64,000 nucleotides of DNA from Candidatus Latescibacterota bacterium (GCA_965217865.1 CBDCJO010000002.1:3168001-3232000); one strand, 5' to 3'; positions 32,764 through 44,769 are shown, counted from the first letter of the stretch. Notes: a model not told the origin generated them from the sequence alone. A program made the numbers and translations.

Positions 32764-34020
32764 CTAAGACATTACCTTAATTTCGTTAGAATAGTTCATA
32801 ACTTTTTCAAAAGCTTGAGCGTATTGATCTAAAATGCCATTATCCGGTCCAGGAAATGATGGTAGCTTTAAAAGTGATTTATTGACAGCTTCAGTAATGG
32901 GAAGAGAACAGTTTTCATATGACGGGACTTGATTTCCTGGGGACAACCTCAAAATTTCCTTGAAAGCCCCCTCTGTAAAAAATGGCTGTTGATGAACCAA
33001 AGGATATCTTGGAGCAGTCACTTGGCATCCTTCCTTGGTCAATGCCTCTGCAAGTATTTCAATGGGTAGAGGATGTTTAGTTTCCTCGTATCTGATTATA
33101 TACTCAAAGTATACTCTTTGAATATGATCTGGCGGCAGGAAGGTGTGGAAATCAAGGTTTTCAAGTTTTCTGGATAGGTATGTAAGATTTTTATTACGTA
33201 TTTTATTATGCTCATTTAGCCGCCTGAGTTGATTACAGCCTATGGCAGCAGAAAGAGGCGCTATCCGCGTTTTTATCCCGAAGCTTGTCGCGGCAAATTT
33301 CCGGGATGATGTTTGAAGTTCAATGATTCTTGTAATGTCTCCAAGACACACAGCTTTCTCGTAATATTCATAATTATTGCAAAGAAAAATCCCGCCTTCC
33401 CCTGCGGGGGCAAGCTTGTCTCCCTGTAGGCTAAATACGGAAATATCTCCAAGCGAACCACATGGCCTACCTCTCCAGAAAGCTCCATGGACATGAGATG
33501 CATCTTCAATGATTTTCAAGTCAAATCTTTTAGCAATGTCAAATATCTCTGTCATCTTGCTTGGAAGACCCCAAAGATGGACGACAACTATAGCACGGGA
33601 TTTTGGTGTTATCTTTTTTTCCAAATCTATCGGATCAATACCCAACCGTTCTTTCTCGCTTTCACAAAACACGGGTACAGCTCCAATCCACAACATTGGA
33701 AGAACTGAAGCCCAAAAAGTAGCGGAAGGCACCAAAACTTCGTCACCTGGTTGAAGACCGATGCTGTGGAAGGCTGCTAATAAAGCAGAGGTGCCATTGT
33801 TGTGAGCAAGTGCATATGATCGTCCGGTAAATTCAGAGTAGGCATTCTCTAATTTCCGGATAATTTTATGCGTAGAAATATTTCCATCCTGCATAACTTG
33901 TAATACGGTTTTTTCATCATCATGAGTAAGGTTGGGCCATCTGTTTGACAATTCATGGCTTATGGATACTGCAGGTATACCACCCAAGATGGCGGGAAGA
34001 TTTGTTTCACCATTGTTCAT
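32764..34020 (-). CDS. DegT/DnrJ/EryC1/StrS-family PLP aminotransferase
   Basis: NNGTSALLAA, VVHLWGLP, IIEDASHVHGA, FSLQGDKLAPAGEGG. Confidence 0.95.
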   Translation of the reverse strand: MNNGETNLPAILGGIPAVSISHELSNRWPNLTHDDEKTVLQVMQDGNISTHKIIRKLENAYSEFTGRSYALAHNNGTSALLAAFHSIGLQPGDEVLVPSATFWASVLPMLWIGAVPVFCESEKERLGIDPIDLEKKITPKSRAIVVVHLWGLPSKMTEIFDIAKRFDLKIIEDASHVHGAFWRGRPCGSLGDISVFSLQGDKLAPAGEGGIFLCNNYEYYEKAVCLGDITRIIELQTSSRKFAATSFGIKTRIAPLSAAIGCNQLRRLNEHNKIRNKNLTYLSRKLENLDFHTFLPPDHIQRVYFEYIIRYEETKHPLPIEILAEALTKEGCQVTAPRYPLVHQQPFFTEGAFKEILRLSPGNQVPSYENCSLPITEAVNKSLLKLPSFPGPDNGILDQYAQAFEKVMNYSNEIKVMS

Positions 34021-34035
34021 ATTGTTTCCCTTTTG

Positions 34036-35455
34036 TTAATGGATTTGCTCAATTATATCATCAAACCGTCCTCGAACTTTGTTTATATATTCATCTAGGT
34101 GACTATCGTGATTCTGCCCCTTGTATTCAGGTAAATGAGAGGATAACGTTTTGAGGTATTCTAAATTATCATTCTGAAAACCAAGGCCCTCTCTGGGTAA
34201 CCATTGGGAAATGTTGGTTCTCCTTCTCAAATAGTCTTCAAGAGTACAACAAAACTCATTACTAACACACCAGTCAATTGCAGGTACTTTGTCATGCAAA
34301 CCAGGGAAAGATGCCCAAGATATTTTCCCGGTTTGGTTATCAGGGCAGGGGATTTCCTTCAAACTGGGAGGGATCTTTTTAATTATTTTCTTTGTAACTT
34401 TTTCTGCCATTGAAATACATCCGCTAATTTTTCCCCCATAAATTGAAATCCATGGCAAATCAGAGTCATCAGCAATTTTATGATTGCGAGAAATATTTAG
34501 AGGATAACAGTCGGCATTAAATGTTTTCTTCACGGCGAGAGGCCGAAGGCCACAGCGGAGCGAAACAATCTTTGATTTAGCCATGAAATATTTCAAATGT
34601 CTAGACGCATGTTTTAATAAAAAATGGAGATCTTCAGGGGTAATTTTGTTTGTCCGGCCTCTCATAGCCAATAAAAACACCTTTACTGTATACATGCTTA
34701 TAGGAACTTTGGATACCAAATCGTTTATTGACATTATCAGTCCACACTCCAGCACAATTTAGGAGCATTTTTGCCTTTATTGTGCATTGATGACTTGAAA
34801 AATAATCTTTTAGGTCTAAAGACCAGAATTTGTCTTTATTGTTATAGTTCGCATCCTGAATGGAGCAGTAATTAAGGGCCAAACAGTCTTCTGTTTGATT
34901 GTAAATAATCCAATCCAGAACAAATCTGCTGTCTGACTGATTAAGGAATCCTTCTTGGTAGAGGATCGATTCTTTATCATTTTTATGGTTTATAATGTCC
35001 AGTTCCTCAAACTTTCTCTGAATGGTTGGCCTTTCTCGCCTACATTTCCCCAACAGCCAATAGAGTTGTAAGGCAAGATAGACAAAATACTTATTCCGTC
35101 CCCATTCGCTATTTGAGATATATCTGAAGTATTTTTGACTGACATGATTATTAAATGAATTTATCATTATGTCTCTGTCTTTTGAAAAATTATAGACCGA
35201 TAAAAAATCAAGATTTTTTAAATAAAGCAATCCTCCCCAAATCATCATTGCTGACGCCTGACTTGTTCCGCAACTGAAATCACCTTTGTCTATTAGAAAT
35301 ACTTTATAGCCTTGTTGACTTAGCTCTCTATAAATTGAAGCACCATTTATTCCGCCGCCAATAATAGCAATATCAAAGGATTTATTTTCAAGAACATTCC
35401 AATTTACTTGACGAATGTTCATGTGTCCTTGAATTGTATCGTTTTGAAAACTCAT
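34036..35455 (-). pseudogene. GlpD-like FAD-dependent oxidoreductase, frameshifted by an internal deletion near 34650
   Basis: IIGGGINGA, DFSCGTSQAS, NCAGVWTD; C-terminal frame CGLRPL, GGKI, LEDYLRRRT. Confidence 0.85.
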
Positions 35456-35460
35456 TGTTA

Positions 35461-35517
35461 GCCGAACGCTTTGACGATTAGCTGTGGCGCGAAGCTGTCA
35501 ACTGCATACCGTTGTGA
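35461..35517 (-). other. Integron attC-like site directly upstream of the oxidoreductase gene
   Basis: Minus strand TCACAAC-ggtatGCAGTTGAcagc-ttcg-cgccaCAGCTAAtcgtcaaagc-GTTCGGC, 5 bp before the ATG. Confidence 0.6.
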
Positions 35518-35689
35518 ACGCCTAGTATGGAGGTCCCGTCAAGAGGTGTGTAAATGAGGTCAGGCGGCCCGTCTGATCCTTCCCTTAGAGGACGCTTCTT
35601 CCATCTGTCGTGTCCCAAAGATTCCTTCAATAATTCCTCGGATAAAGCGGTCTGTAAACCCTGAAACGGAGCGAAGGAGTTCTAGGATT

Positions 35690-35835
35690 TAGAGACGGCT
35701 TGGCGCTCTTGACTATCATTTCCCTTGTTCGCCCGATCACGCCCTTGTCATACAAGAAAGTTGCTGGCACGACAACTGCGGCTCTTCCGTCAGGCCTTAG
35801 TGATTCCCATATATGTTGCATACAAACAGCGTCAG
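35690..35835 (-). pseudogene. HsdM-like methyltransferase fragment
   Basis: MQHIWESLRPDGRAAVVVPATFLY. Confidence 0.7.
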
Positions 35836-36690
35836 TGATATGACCCGGGAAAAGTGGACAGTGGTTTAAGCCGCTTTCTTCAGCGATAGGCGTTCAAAAA
35901 GGGCCGGGGACACATAGTTTCAGGTAAGCGTGCAGCCGCTGATTGTTGTAAAACATTTCGATGTACTCGAAGAGTTCGCGCTCTGCATGATCGAGGTCGA
36001 TCAAGTCGACGTGATACAGCCATTCGGTCTTCAAGGTTTTGAAGAATGACTCGGAGACGGCGTTGTCCCAGCAATCGGCCTTCTTGCTCATGCTTTGAAC
36101 AAACTGATGCGCGCCGACGGCCTTTCGGAAGCCATCGCAGCAATACTGAATACCTCGATCGGAATGAATCATCAGATTCGGCTGCGGTCTGCGTTGCCAT
36201 ACTGCGCGTGACAGGGCCGTGAGTACCGTTTCGTGCGCCAGCGAGGTGGTGACGCACCAGCCAACCACGCGACGTGAAAACAGGTCAATGAATACAACCA
36301 GATACAGCCATCCCGATCGACTGGACAAATACGTGATATCGCTGACCCACACTTCGTTGGGACGACCCGCGTCAAAGGCCCGGTTCAGCAAGTTCGGGGA
36401 TGCCTTCAGGTCGTGCTTCGTATCCGTGGTCACCACGAACTTCCGACGTACCTTCGACCGGAGGCCCTGACGACGCATCGAAAAGGCCACGCGGTTGCGC
36501 CTATACGGCTTTCCTTGTGCCGCCAGCGCACGGCTGATCTTCAGGCTCCCATACCGGCCACGGCTGGCCTCGCAGGCCGCTTTTACCAGGACATCCAGAA
36601 GAAGTCGTTCCTGCTCGCGCTCGCTCTCAGGGCGGGAAAACCAGCCATAGTAACCGCTTGCTCTTCGACAGAGACGTGCCTCCCTTGAAG
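35836..36690 (-). mobile_element. IS3-family element type C, orfB part with right end
   Basis: WVSDITY, HSDRGIQY, CWDNAVSESFF; end TGATATGACCCGGGAAAAGTGGACA. Confidence 0.9.
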
Positions 36691-36744
36691 ACCAGGTCCT
36701 TGCCGAACGGTGCCGAAAACAAAACGTCCAGCGTCTGCACGACC

Positions 36745-37131
36745 CAGATGCACCGTCTGGGCACAAAGTCGCAGCCGGCGGTTAGGACCGGAGGTCAGGT
36801 AGACCGGCCGCAGCGGCACCTGCGTGGTGAGGCCGAGAGCGTTCGCCGCCGCGCCACCGCAAGGGACCATGACCTCTCCCCACAACCTGGAAAGCGACGC
36901 GATCACTTTCTCGATAGCCGGTGGGCGCGCGCCAAAGCGCGTCTCAATGGGCCGCATGTAGACACCCTGGCAGGCCCGAATGAGCCGCCCCCGACGGGCC
37001 AGGCGCGACAAGGCTTGGTCGACCGCCGCCGCCCGGTTGCCGAGGTGCAATAGAGCGCTCGGGCAAAGCGGGGCGCCCTCGGGCAGTGACGCTGCATGTT
37101 GTTCTATCTGCTGAGACAAGCTGGGTATCAT
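36745..37131 (-). pseudogene. DUF6088/AbiEi-like antitoxin, 3'-truncated
   Basis: AVDQALSRLARRG...GAAAANALGLTTQVP...YLTSG. Confidence 0.8.
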
Positions 37132-37361
37132 CGTTCTCTCCTGTAACCGTCAGAAATATAGCATATAAACTGACATTGCGTAAGGGAATTTAGAAGAAAC
37201 CCGTGAGTCGTGTGAGAAGAGGACGGCATCTCGGCGGAGAGGGTTGGACAAGATTCGTGTCGAAGGGTTCCGTAAGCCAGTGGTCGCTCCTCCGGTGAAG
37301 TCTGGAGGCGAACCGGCCCCGGGACTGTTGGGATGGCAGCTGTTGCGGCCGGAGCGGTTCT

Positions 37362-37590
37362 GCTACTCCGGCCAGTAGCCGGACACGATCCGGTGCCGCT
37401 TGATGCCGGTCGCCTCGGCCGTATAGACCCAGGCGAGTTCGCGGGCGCCATTCACCGTGGCGGGTATCAACACGCGCCGGAAGAAGCTGGAACCGCCCAG
37501 GGCGGAAGCCCTCGAGGCGGTCTATGGGGGCAGGCGCAATTCGGGATCGTCGAAGGCGAGCAGTTCTCCGAACACGTCGCCAACCCGACC
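37362..37590 (-). pseudogene. Gamma-glutamylcyclotransferase (AIG2-like) 3' fragment, frameshifted
   Basis: VFGELLAFDDPELRLP..DRLEGFRPG...ELAWVYTAEATGIKRHRIVSGYWPE*. Confidence 0.7.
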
Positions 37591-37591
37591 G

Positions 37592-37825
37592 GGCTGTTAA
37601 ACAAGGCCGACGGGAAAAACAGAGAATCGGAGAATCCGGAGGAGATATCTCTGCTCAACGGACGCAGTCCCCACGGTTGCGCTCGAACACCGGGGGGAAC
37701 GCTTCGAAACAGAGAATCTGCAGAGAGGGGGAGGAGACAGCACAAGCGTTTGTGAACACGACAGAAACGACAAGACCCCGAAGAGGTTGCCCCACGGGGT
37801 CTTGCGTTAACGGACGACCGCCTAA
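37592..37825 (+). repeat. Non-coding element-end repeat, copy D
   Basis: Aligns with copy C. Confidence 0.9.
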
Positions 37826-38527
37826 CCTGAATGTCGGGCGCCAGGTGGAGCAGGTTCATGATCTGCGTGATCCTCGCCCGGGTCACGCAGCCGAGGCGCG
37901 CCAGGTCCGCATAGTCCCGCAGGTCGCCCCTCCGGACCAGTCCCTCGAACCGGATCGCCAGGGCCGTCAGTCTCGATATGCGAGGCATATTCCCCGGCTC
38001 GACATTCCGGTCCTGATCCACGGGGCGGCAGCCGTTGTTCCGGCCGTTCCCGGGCTGGAACGTGAAGGATACTTCCAGGGGGCCGGCCCGGGTTGCATCG
38101 GATGGGCGACCGCTCATCGCATGACCTCCTGTCCGTTGAGACCCGCCTTCCGGCACAGCGCCTCGATGCCGGGTGGGCGAAAGGTGACGGTCACCGTGCC
38201 GTCCCGTCCGTCGTAGCCGACCCGCTCGATGAGCAGCCGGAGTCTCCGGGCCTGCTCCCGCGGGGCCAGCGCCGCCCAGACCGGGTCGAAGATCTCCAGG
38301 GCCCGGGCCAGGTCGCTTTCATTCACGGCTTCCCGCTCAAGAGCGGGAGCCTCTTCCCGGAGAGCGGTCAGCCGCTGTTCCCGCGCTTTGGCCGCCGCGA
38401 CCTGTTCGTTCATGCCGATGCCGCGGATGTGCTCCACCACTGCGGTTTCGATCTCGTGGGCGTTGAGGGACCTGCCCGGACACGACGACCGGCCCCGCTG
38501 CCGGGCATTCCTGCAGACGTAATATGC
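37826..38527 (-). pseudogene. Large serine recombinase C-terminal part (38114-38527) and its usual small downstream partner gene (37826-38117, truncated)
   Basis: YYVC, FDPVWAALAPREQARRLRLLIERVGYD; RISRLTALAIRFEGL...DYADLARLGCVTRARITQIMNLLHLAPDIQ. Confidence 0.8.
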
Positions 38528-38732
38528 CGATCACCGCTTCCGCTTGCTTTTCTTTCGCCACTGGCGTTCTCGCTGCTTCCACATCCGCTTGGGCATGACC
38601 TTGCTTTCGGGAAATGGGACCTTTGCTGCCCGCAAGAGTTTAATCAGTGATGGTCCGCTTTCTTCACAAGGGTCTCCAGCTTCTCTATGAGAAGGGGGAG
38701 CCGCAACTGGCGCGTCGTATTCCGCTTCGAGG

Positions 38733-39113
38733 GCGTGCGTGTCTGCAACGTGGATTTGAATCGATTACCACCAGGAGGACCCTGATATACCGATGAAGAA
38801 TCCACCCCCATCGGGGCCTGTCCGTCCGTCACGACTGCCTGGAGCCGCTGGGACTCAGCGTGACGGACGCCGCAAAGAAGCTCGGGAGGAATGAGAATGA
38901 GAAAGTCTGTCTACGTGATACTGTCGGTTCTGATCGCCGGGATAGCATCGGCGAGGCCCAAGCCGATCGAGATACCGGAAGGTTACGAGCACGACAAGTG
39001 GAACACCGCACCTGACGATGCTATTCGTAAATTCGGGGCATTCACGAGTTCGTTCGACACCGACGACGACGACACGGGCGATGGCGTAAAGGATCTCTGG
39101 GGTATTCCCCAGT
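38733..39113 (+). repeat. 381-bp duplicate of 524-904 (higBA stub plus nuclease 5' end)
   Basis: Same junction; three substitutions seen in the first 60 bp. Confidence 0.95.
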
Positions 39114-39258
39114 CCAGGAAGAGCACAAAACGCCGATTCGAAGCGTCGAGTGCGCCAAGTTTGTCGAACAAATTTTCCACTGACCAGTCTTCGGGATTAC
39201 TGTAAACGTGTTTTTCGATGGCCGAACGAAGCGTCGGAAGACCCAAGATTTCCTTCAC
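39114..39258 (-). pseudogene. AbiJ N-terminal-domain-like fragment
   Basis: IEKHVYSNPEDWSVENLFDKLGALDASNRRFVLFL. Confidence 0.6.
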
Positions 39259-39277
39259 CGTGGTGCACTCACGACCG

Positions 39278-40547
39278 TGGACTTGACCCGGTTTCGTGGA
39301 TACCTTATTACTTGGCAGAAAGGAGGATGCTACGATGCCGAGGTCACATTCGCCGTATCCACCGGAGTTCAAGCGGCAGATTGTAGAACTGGTGCGAGCG
39401 GGTCGCACGCCCCATGAGTTGTCCCGTGAGTTCGAGCCGTCGGCCCAGGCGATCCGGATCTGGATGCGGCAGGCCGATCTGGATGAGGGCCTCCGCAGTG
39501 ACGGTCTGATCACCGAGGAGCGGGAGGAGATCAGACGACTGCGCCGCGAGAATAGGCAGTTGCGACAGGAGCGGGAGATCCTTGCAAAAGCCGCGGCCTG
39601 GTTCGCTCGGGAGACCAACTCGGTGCCAGGGGAGTCTACGAGTTCGTGAAAGCCAATCAGGCCTTCTATAAAGTAGCCACGATGTGCCGGGTCCTGGAAG
39701 TCTCCACCAGTGGGTACTACGCGTGGCTCAAGCGGCCGCTGTCGGCACGAGCGCAGGCCGATGTGGCTCTGACGGAACGGATCGTGAAGATTCACAAGTG
39801 TTCTGATGGCACCTACGGTGTCCCGCGCATATACGAGGAGCTTGTAGCCGAGGGGGAGCGGATCGGTCGCAAGCGCGTTGCGCGGTTGATGCGTGCTGCA
39901 GGCCTGGAGGGCGTAAGTCGTCGCAAACGGCATCGAACCACCTACCGTGATCGCGATGGGCGCGTCGCTGCTGACCTGGTCAATCGAGATTTCACGGCTA
40001 ACGGGCCAGACCAGCTCTGGGTAGCCGACATCACTTACATCAGTACGTGGGCCGGCTTCCTGTATCTCGCGGTCGTTGTGGACGCCTGGAGCCGCCGCGT
40101 CGTTGGCTGGGCGATGGCGACCCATCTGCGCGGCGAGCTGGTGACCGAGGCGTTGAATATGGCGCTCTGGCAACGACAGCCGGAAGCCGTCATCCATCAC
40201 TCCGACCAGGGATGTCAGTACACCTCCATTGCCTTCGGTCTACGGTGCCGCAAGGCCGGTGTCCGGCCCTCTATGGGCTCCACCGGTGACTGCTACGACA
40301 ACGCGTTATGCGAGAGCTTCTTCGCCACGCTCGAATGCGAACGCCTGGATCGCCGAAACTACCGCACACAGGCCGAAGCTCGGATGTCCGTATTTCAATA
40401 CATCGAGGGCTGGTACAACTCCCATCGGCGACACTCAGCACTCGGATATCTCTCTCCCATGAACTTTGAGCAGACCTCCAGCGCTGTTGCCCATGAAGCC
40501 GAATGAATCGCAACTGATAAACCGTCCGCTAAACCGGGGTAACTCCA
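39278..40547 (+). mobile_element. IS3-family element type B, complete; 4-bp TSD ACCG; inserted into another IS3 transposase fragment (HSRP^HVSNDNPYSE)
   Basis: TG...CA ends with IRs, orfA 39335-39649, orfB 39646-40506, ACCG at 39274-77 and 40548-51. Confidence 0.95.
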
Positions 40548-40645
40548 ACCGCACGTGTCGAACGACAACCCTTACTCCGAGGCGCAGTTCAAGACCTTGA
40601 AGTATCGCCCGGACTTCCCGGAACACTTCGGTGGGCTCGAACACG

Positions 40646-41371
40646 CCCGTTTGGGCGGACGGGATCTATTTCAACGTGCGCCTGGATAAGGATCGGCCCT
40701 TTGTGCTCGTGCTGGTCGGTGCAACGGCTGATGGCTGCAAGGAAGTCATCGCTATCGAGGACGGTCAGCGTGAGAAGCAAGCTATCCTGGCAAACCCTGT
40801 TGCGGGATCTCAAAGCACGGGGTTTGACGATCGACCCATCCCTGGCCGTGGGAGACGGTTCTCTGGGCTTCTGGGCGGCATTGGAAGAGGAGTATCCCAG
40901 ACAAAGCACCAGCGATGTTGGGTCCATAAAACTGCCAACGTGCTGGACAAGCTTCCGAAATCCGTTCAGCCCGACGCTAAGCAACTGATCCACGAAATGT
41001 ATCGATCACCGAGCCGTAAACACGCCCCGACGACCTATGATCGATTCTACGAACTCTACCAGGCCAGATATCCGAAGGCCTGCGAGTGCCTGACCAAGGA
41101 CAGGGATGTGCTTTTCACCTGTTACGATTTCCCGGCGATACACTGGCTCCACCTGCGCAGCACAAATCCGATTGAATCAACCTTCGCTACGGTCAGACAC
41201 AGGACACGTCAAACCAAAGGATGCGGATCGGTTAATGCCACGATGGCAATGGTCTATAAGCTGGCTCTCGGAGATGAGAAATCGTGGCTCAGATTACGAG
41301 GCTCAAACCTGATACAGCTGGTCGTTGATGGCACCCTGTTCGAAGATGGTGACCTGAAAAGGGCTGCCTGA
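40646..41371 (+). mobile_element. IS256-family transposase 3' part, frameshifted
   Basis: WADGIYFNVRL, QRCWVHK, LRSTNPIES. Confidence 0.9.
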
Positions 41372-41384
41372 TCCATTCGGATAC

Positions 41385-42003
41385 GCTCACCTCGCTGGCG
41401 CACGAAACGGTACTCACGGCCCTGTCACGCGCAGTATGGCAACGCAGACCGCAGCCGAATCTGATGATTCATTCCGACCGAGGTATTCAGTATTGCTGCG
41501 ATGGATTCCGAAAGGCCGTCGACACGCATCAGTTTGTCCAAAGCATGAGCAAGAAGGCTGATTGCTGGGACAACGCCGTCTCCGAGTCATTTTTCAAAAC
41601 CTTGAAGACCGAATGGCTGTATCACGTCGACTTGACCGACCTCGATCATGCAGAGCGCGAACTCTTCGAGTACATCGAAATGTTTTACAACAACCAGCGG
41701 CTGCACGCTTACCTGGACTATGTGTCCCCGGCCCTTTTTGAACGCCTATCACTGCAGAAAGCGGCTTAAACCACTGTCCACTTTTCCCGGGTCATACTTC
41801 AAAACCTTGAAGACCGAATGACTGTATTACGTCGACTTGACAGACGTCGGTCATGCAGAGCGAACTCTTCGAGTATATCGAAATGTTTTACAACAACCAG
41901 CGGCTGCACGCTTACCTGGACTATGTGTCCCCGGCCCTTTTTGAACGGATATCCCTGCAGAAAGCGGCTTAAACCACTGTCCACTTTTCCCGGGCCATAT
42001 CAC
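41385..42003 (+). mobile_element. Two tandem 3' fragments of IS3 type C
   Basis: 41385-41797 and 41798-42003 both match the 35836 element end. Confidence 0.85.
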
Positions 42004-42073
42004 GGTTGCCACTTGAGAACATCCTCAAGAGTGCGTCCCAGAGGCCCTCGGACTCACTATGGGCGTGCGGTTG

Positions 42074-43117
42074 ATCGGGCCAAGGAGAAAGGGGTGAAAC
42101 TCACCCGTTCTTGCGAGATCCTACAGCTTCCCCTCCAGCGGTATTGTGCCTGGAGCCGGCGAGATCGAGAAGAGAAGCTGGATGGGGTGTCGGACCCGCT
42201 TTTGGATGGGAAGCCCGGGCCCGCCCCTGATGAGGCCCCACACGGATTGCTGAGGGAGGAGAAAGAGCAAATCCCGGCCCTCTTAAGGGATGAGACCTAT
42301 GCCGATCTGCCTCCCCATCAGCTGGCGGTGGTAGCCTCAGAGAAGGGGGTAGTGCAGGCCTCGGCCTCCAGCTTCTACCGACAGGCCAGGAAAGAACGTC
42401 TGGCACGCAGGAAACAGGTGAGGACGCCGGTCAAGCAGAGCAAGCCCCAGGTCAAACCTGAAGGTCCTAATCAGGTCTGGAGCTGGGACCTGACCTACAT
42501 CCCATTTTTCGGTTTGTTCCTGTATTTTACCGCCATTCTCGACGTGTATTCCAGGAAGATCGTAGGATGGAAGCTCTCCTTCAACGCGACCGTGGAGCAG
42601 GTCAAACAGGCCTGGGATCAAGCCCTTGCCAACGAAGGACTGCTGGACCTGGACACTGGGCCCATAAGCTTGACAGCCCTCTCAGATCACGGATCTCAGA
42701 TGAAGGCCAAATCGATGGCCCAATTCTTCAAGGACCTGGGCATCTCGCAGCTGTTTGCCCGATATCAAACACCCACGGACAACGCCTGGATCGAAGCCTT
42801 TTTCCGGACATTCAAATACGACTGGCTGCGCTTCCAGGACATCTTCACATTCCATCAACTGGAAGGCCTGATTGATTCCTTCATTCACAGCTACAACGCC
42901 GAACGCTATCACGGGGCAATACAGTATGTCACGCCTCTTCAGAGGCATAAAGGCCAGCATCAAAAGATTCTTCACCACCGACAAGGTCGAAAGGAGGAGG
43001 CTCGGCAGCGCCGCATAGAAATCAATCGGCAAAGAACATCCCAGACCATCCACAAGGCTGCCTGAATCTTGCTTGGACCTTTATCTGCTTTTCTCTTGTT
43101 ATCTCAGAATAGATACA
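42074..43117 (+). mobile_element. IS3-family type A, 5'-truncated
   Basis: orfB matches copy 1; ends ATCTCAGAATAGATACA. Confidence 0.95.
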
Positions 43118-43678
43118 GGCTCCTTTGGTCTGGCGGAAATCCGCCCAGTCGAAGAGTGTAACACACAGGTCGATCACGGTGGCGTCCAGAGATAAGAGCT
43201 TGTTACGAAACCGGAACTTGGTCTTAGGAGTCTGCAGCTGACATTTCTCCAGAAGCTGGTAGAAGACGTTCTCGTAGAGTTCCCACGGACGATGCTTGTT
43301 CGCATACGATAGCGTAGACCTCTTGGGTGCATCCCGGACTCCCAGATGAATCAGCTTGCCCAAACAGCAGGACAGCCCACCGCAGATCTCGCGCAGGGAA
43401 TGGGCCTGCGCCAGCTGGCAGAACAGCATGGCGACGAACTGCTCCCAGCACGTGAATCCCTTCCCGTAACGTTCGGCCTTGTGTTCCCTGACAGCCTTCT
43501 CGAACTCGATTCGAGGAAAACTATTCAACAGTTGACTAAACATACTTGCTGTGCGTACCACGGTGGTCTTGTCTTCCGATGTGCGAGTCGCGGTTGTTTT
43601 GCTTTACACTATCACCATTGATCGCATGCTCGGAGGACTTTTGCTACCAGTTTCTTAAACCGATTTTGGACAGGTGTG
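43118..43678 (-). mobile_element. IS4-family (DUF4372) element 5' part, cut by IS3 type A
   Basis: SMFSQLL...WEQFVAMLFCQL...RSTLSYAN...LDATVIDLC. Confidence 0.9.
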
Positions 43679-43692
43679 TATTTTAATAACTA

Positions 43693-44769
43693 ATGAAGTT
43701 CACTGTGAAAAGGATTCACGAGCGTCAGCAGAATTATGAAAGGAGCTTTGCGCCAGATATGCTGCATGAATCTTTGCCAAATGCATTAGAGCAGCTCGAT
43801 CCTAAGAAGGTGGAACGATTGTTAAGTCTACGAACATGCTCTAGGCTTATCAGGATTTCGGTTCTTCCCACTGATGCAAGCAAGTGGGGAGTATCGGGAG
43901 CAAGATTTCGGCGATTTGGTCTGGTGTGGAGCAAAAAGTCGTCGAATCTCCCAAGGGATGTTCTTCTCAAGGAGAATGCGGCTGCAAGGGATGTAAATGT
44001 TTCCTCAGTCATCGCATCCTGTGATAGTAACCTAGCACCAACGGTGTGGGCATGGTGGGCTGGTGATAAGAAGAGATGGATCCTGATGGATCGATTACGT
44101 GCTGCTCCCCTGGGACCATTGTGGGATGGGAGGGAGTTCGGGCTGCTACTGGATGCAATGATAAGACTTCATTGTCCTAAACTCGCTTGGGTACGTTCAA
44201 ATTTCCCGTACGACCTCCCCGAGGTTACCTATGAATGGGCTTCAGATCAGGTGGAGAAGTCAATTCGAATAGCAAACAGGGAATGTGGCCCAGAAATAGT
44301 TTCTGTGCTACGCAGGATTTATCAGTCTCTTAATTCGCTTATGATGATTCTCAAGAACTCGATTCCCTGGACTTTGCTTCACGGTGATTGCCATTTGGGA
44401 AACGCCGGTTGCCGGTGGAAACGTACCGATAATAAGGCACAGCTGTTCGATTGGTCCTTGGCCTTATGGGGGCCTTGTCTATGGGATCTAAGCTACTTCA
44501 TGGCATGCGTCCAAGGAGAAAAGGGAAGAGCGGGATTGTCACGACTTGCATATAGGTATTTTCAACGTTTCAGGAAGCGGATGAATGTCAATATGGACTA
44601 CAAGGAATTCACGATGTTACTTGATGCATCCACACTTCTTATGTTCGGTGCTGGACTACATTTGGTCGGATGGGCTTTGAACAAGTCGAAGGAATCATCT
44701 TTCCTGGACGCGCAGGTGAGTTTGGCAAATCTTGCTCTGGGACGCCTACAACTAAGTCAAGTTGATTGA
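43693..44769 (+). CDS. APH/phosphotransferase family protein
   Basis: VLLKE, WILMD, LLHGDCHLGN, LFDWSLALWGPCLWDL. Confidence 0.85.
   Translation: MKFTVKRIHERQQNYERSFAPDMLHESLPNALEQLDPKKVERLLSLRTCSRLIRISVLPTDASKWGVSGARFRRFGLVWSKKSSNLPRDVLLKENAAARDVNVSSVIASCDSNLAPTVWAWWAGDKKRWILMDRLRAAPLGPLWDGREFGLLLDAMIRLHCPKLAWVRSNFPYDLPEVTYEWASDQVEKSIRIANRECGPEIVSVLRRIYQSLNSLMMILKNSIPWTLLHGDCHLGNAGCRWKRTDNKAQLFDWSLALWGPCLWDLSYFMACVQGEKGRAGLSRLAYRYFQRFRKRMNVNMDYKEFTMLLDASTLLMFGAGLHLVGWALNKSKESSFLDAQVSLANLALGRLQLSQVD

Noticed and set aside
41818-43065. 415-aa novel transposase fusion
   Set aside because: Chance read-through from out-of-frame IS debris into a 5'-truncated orfB.
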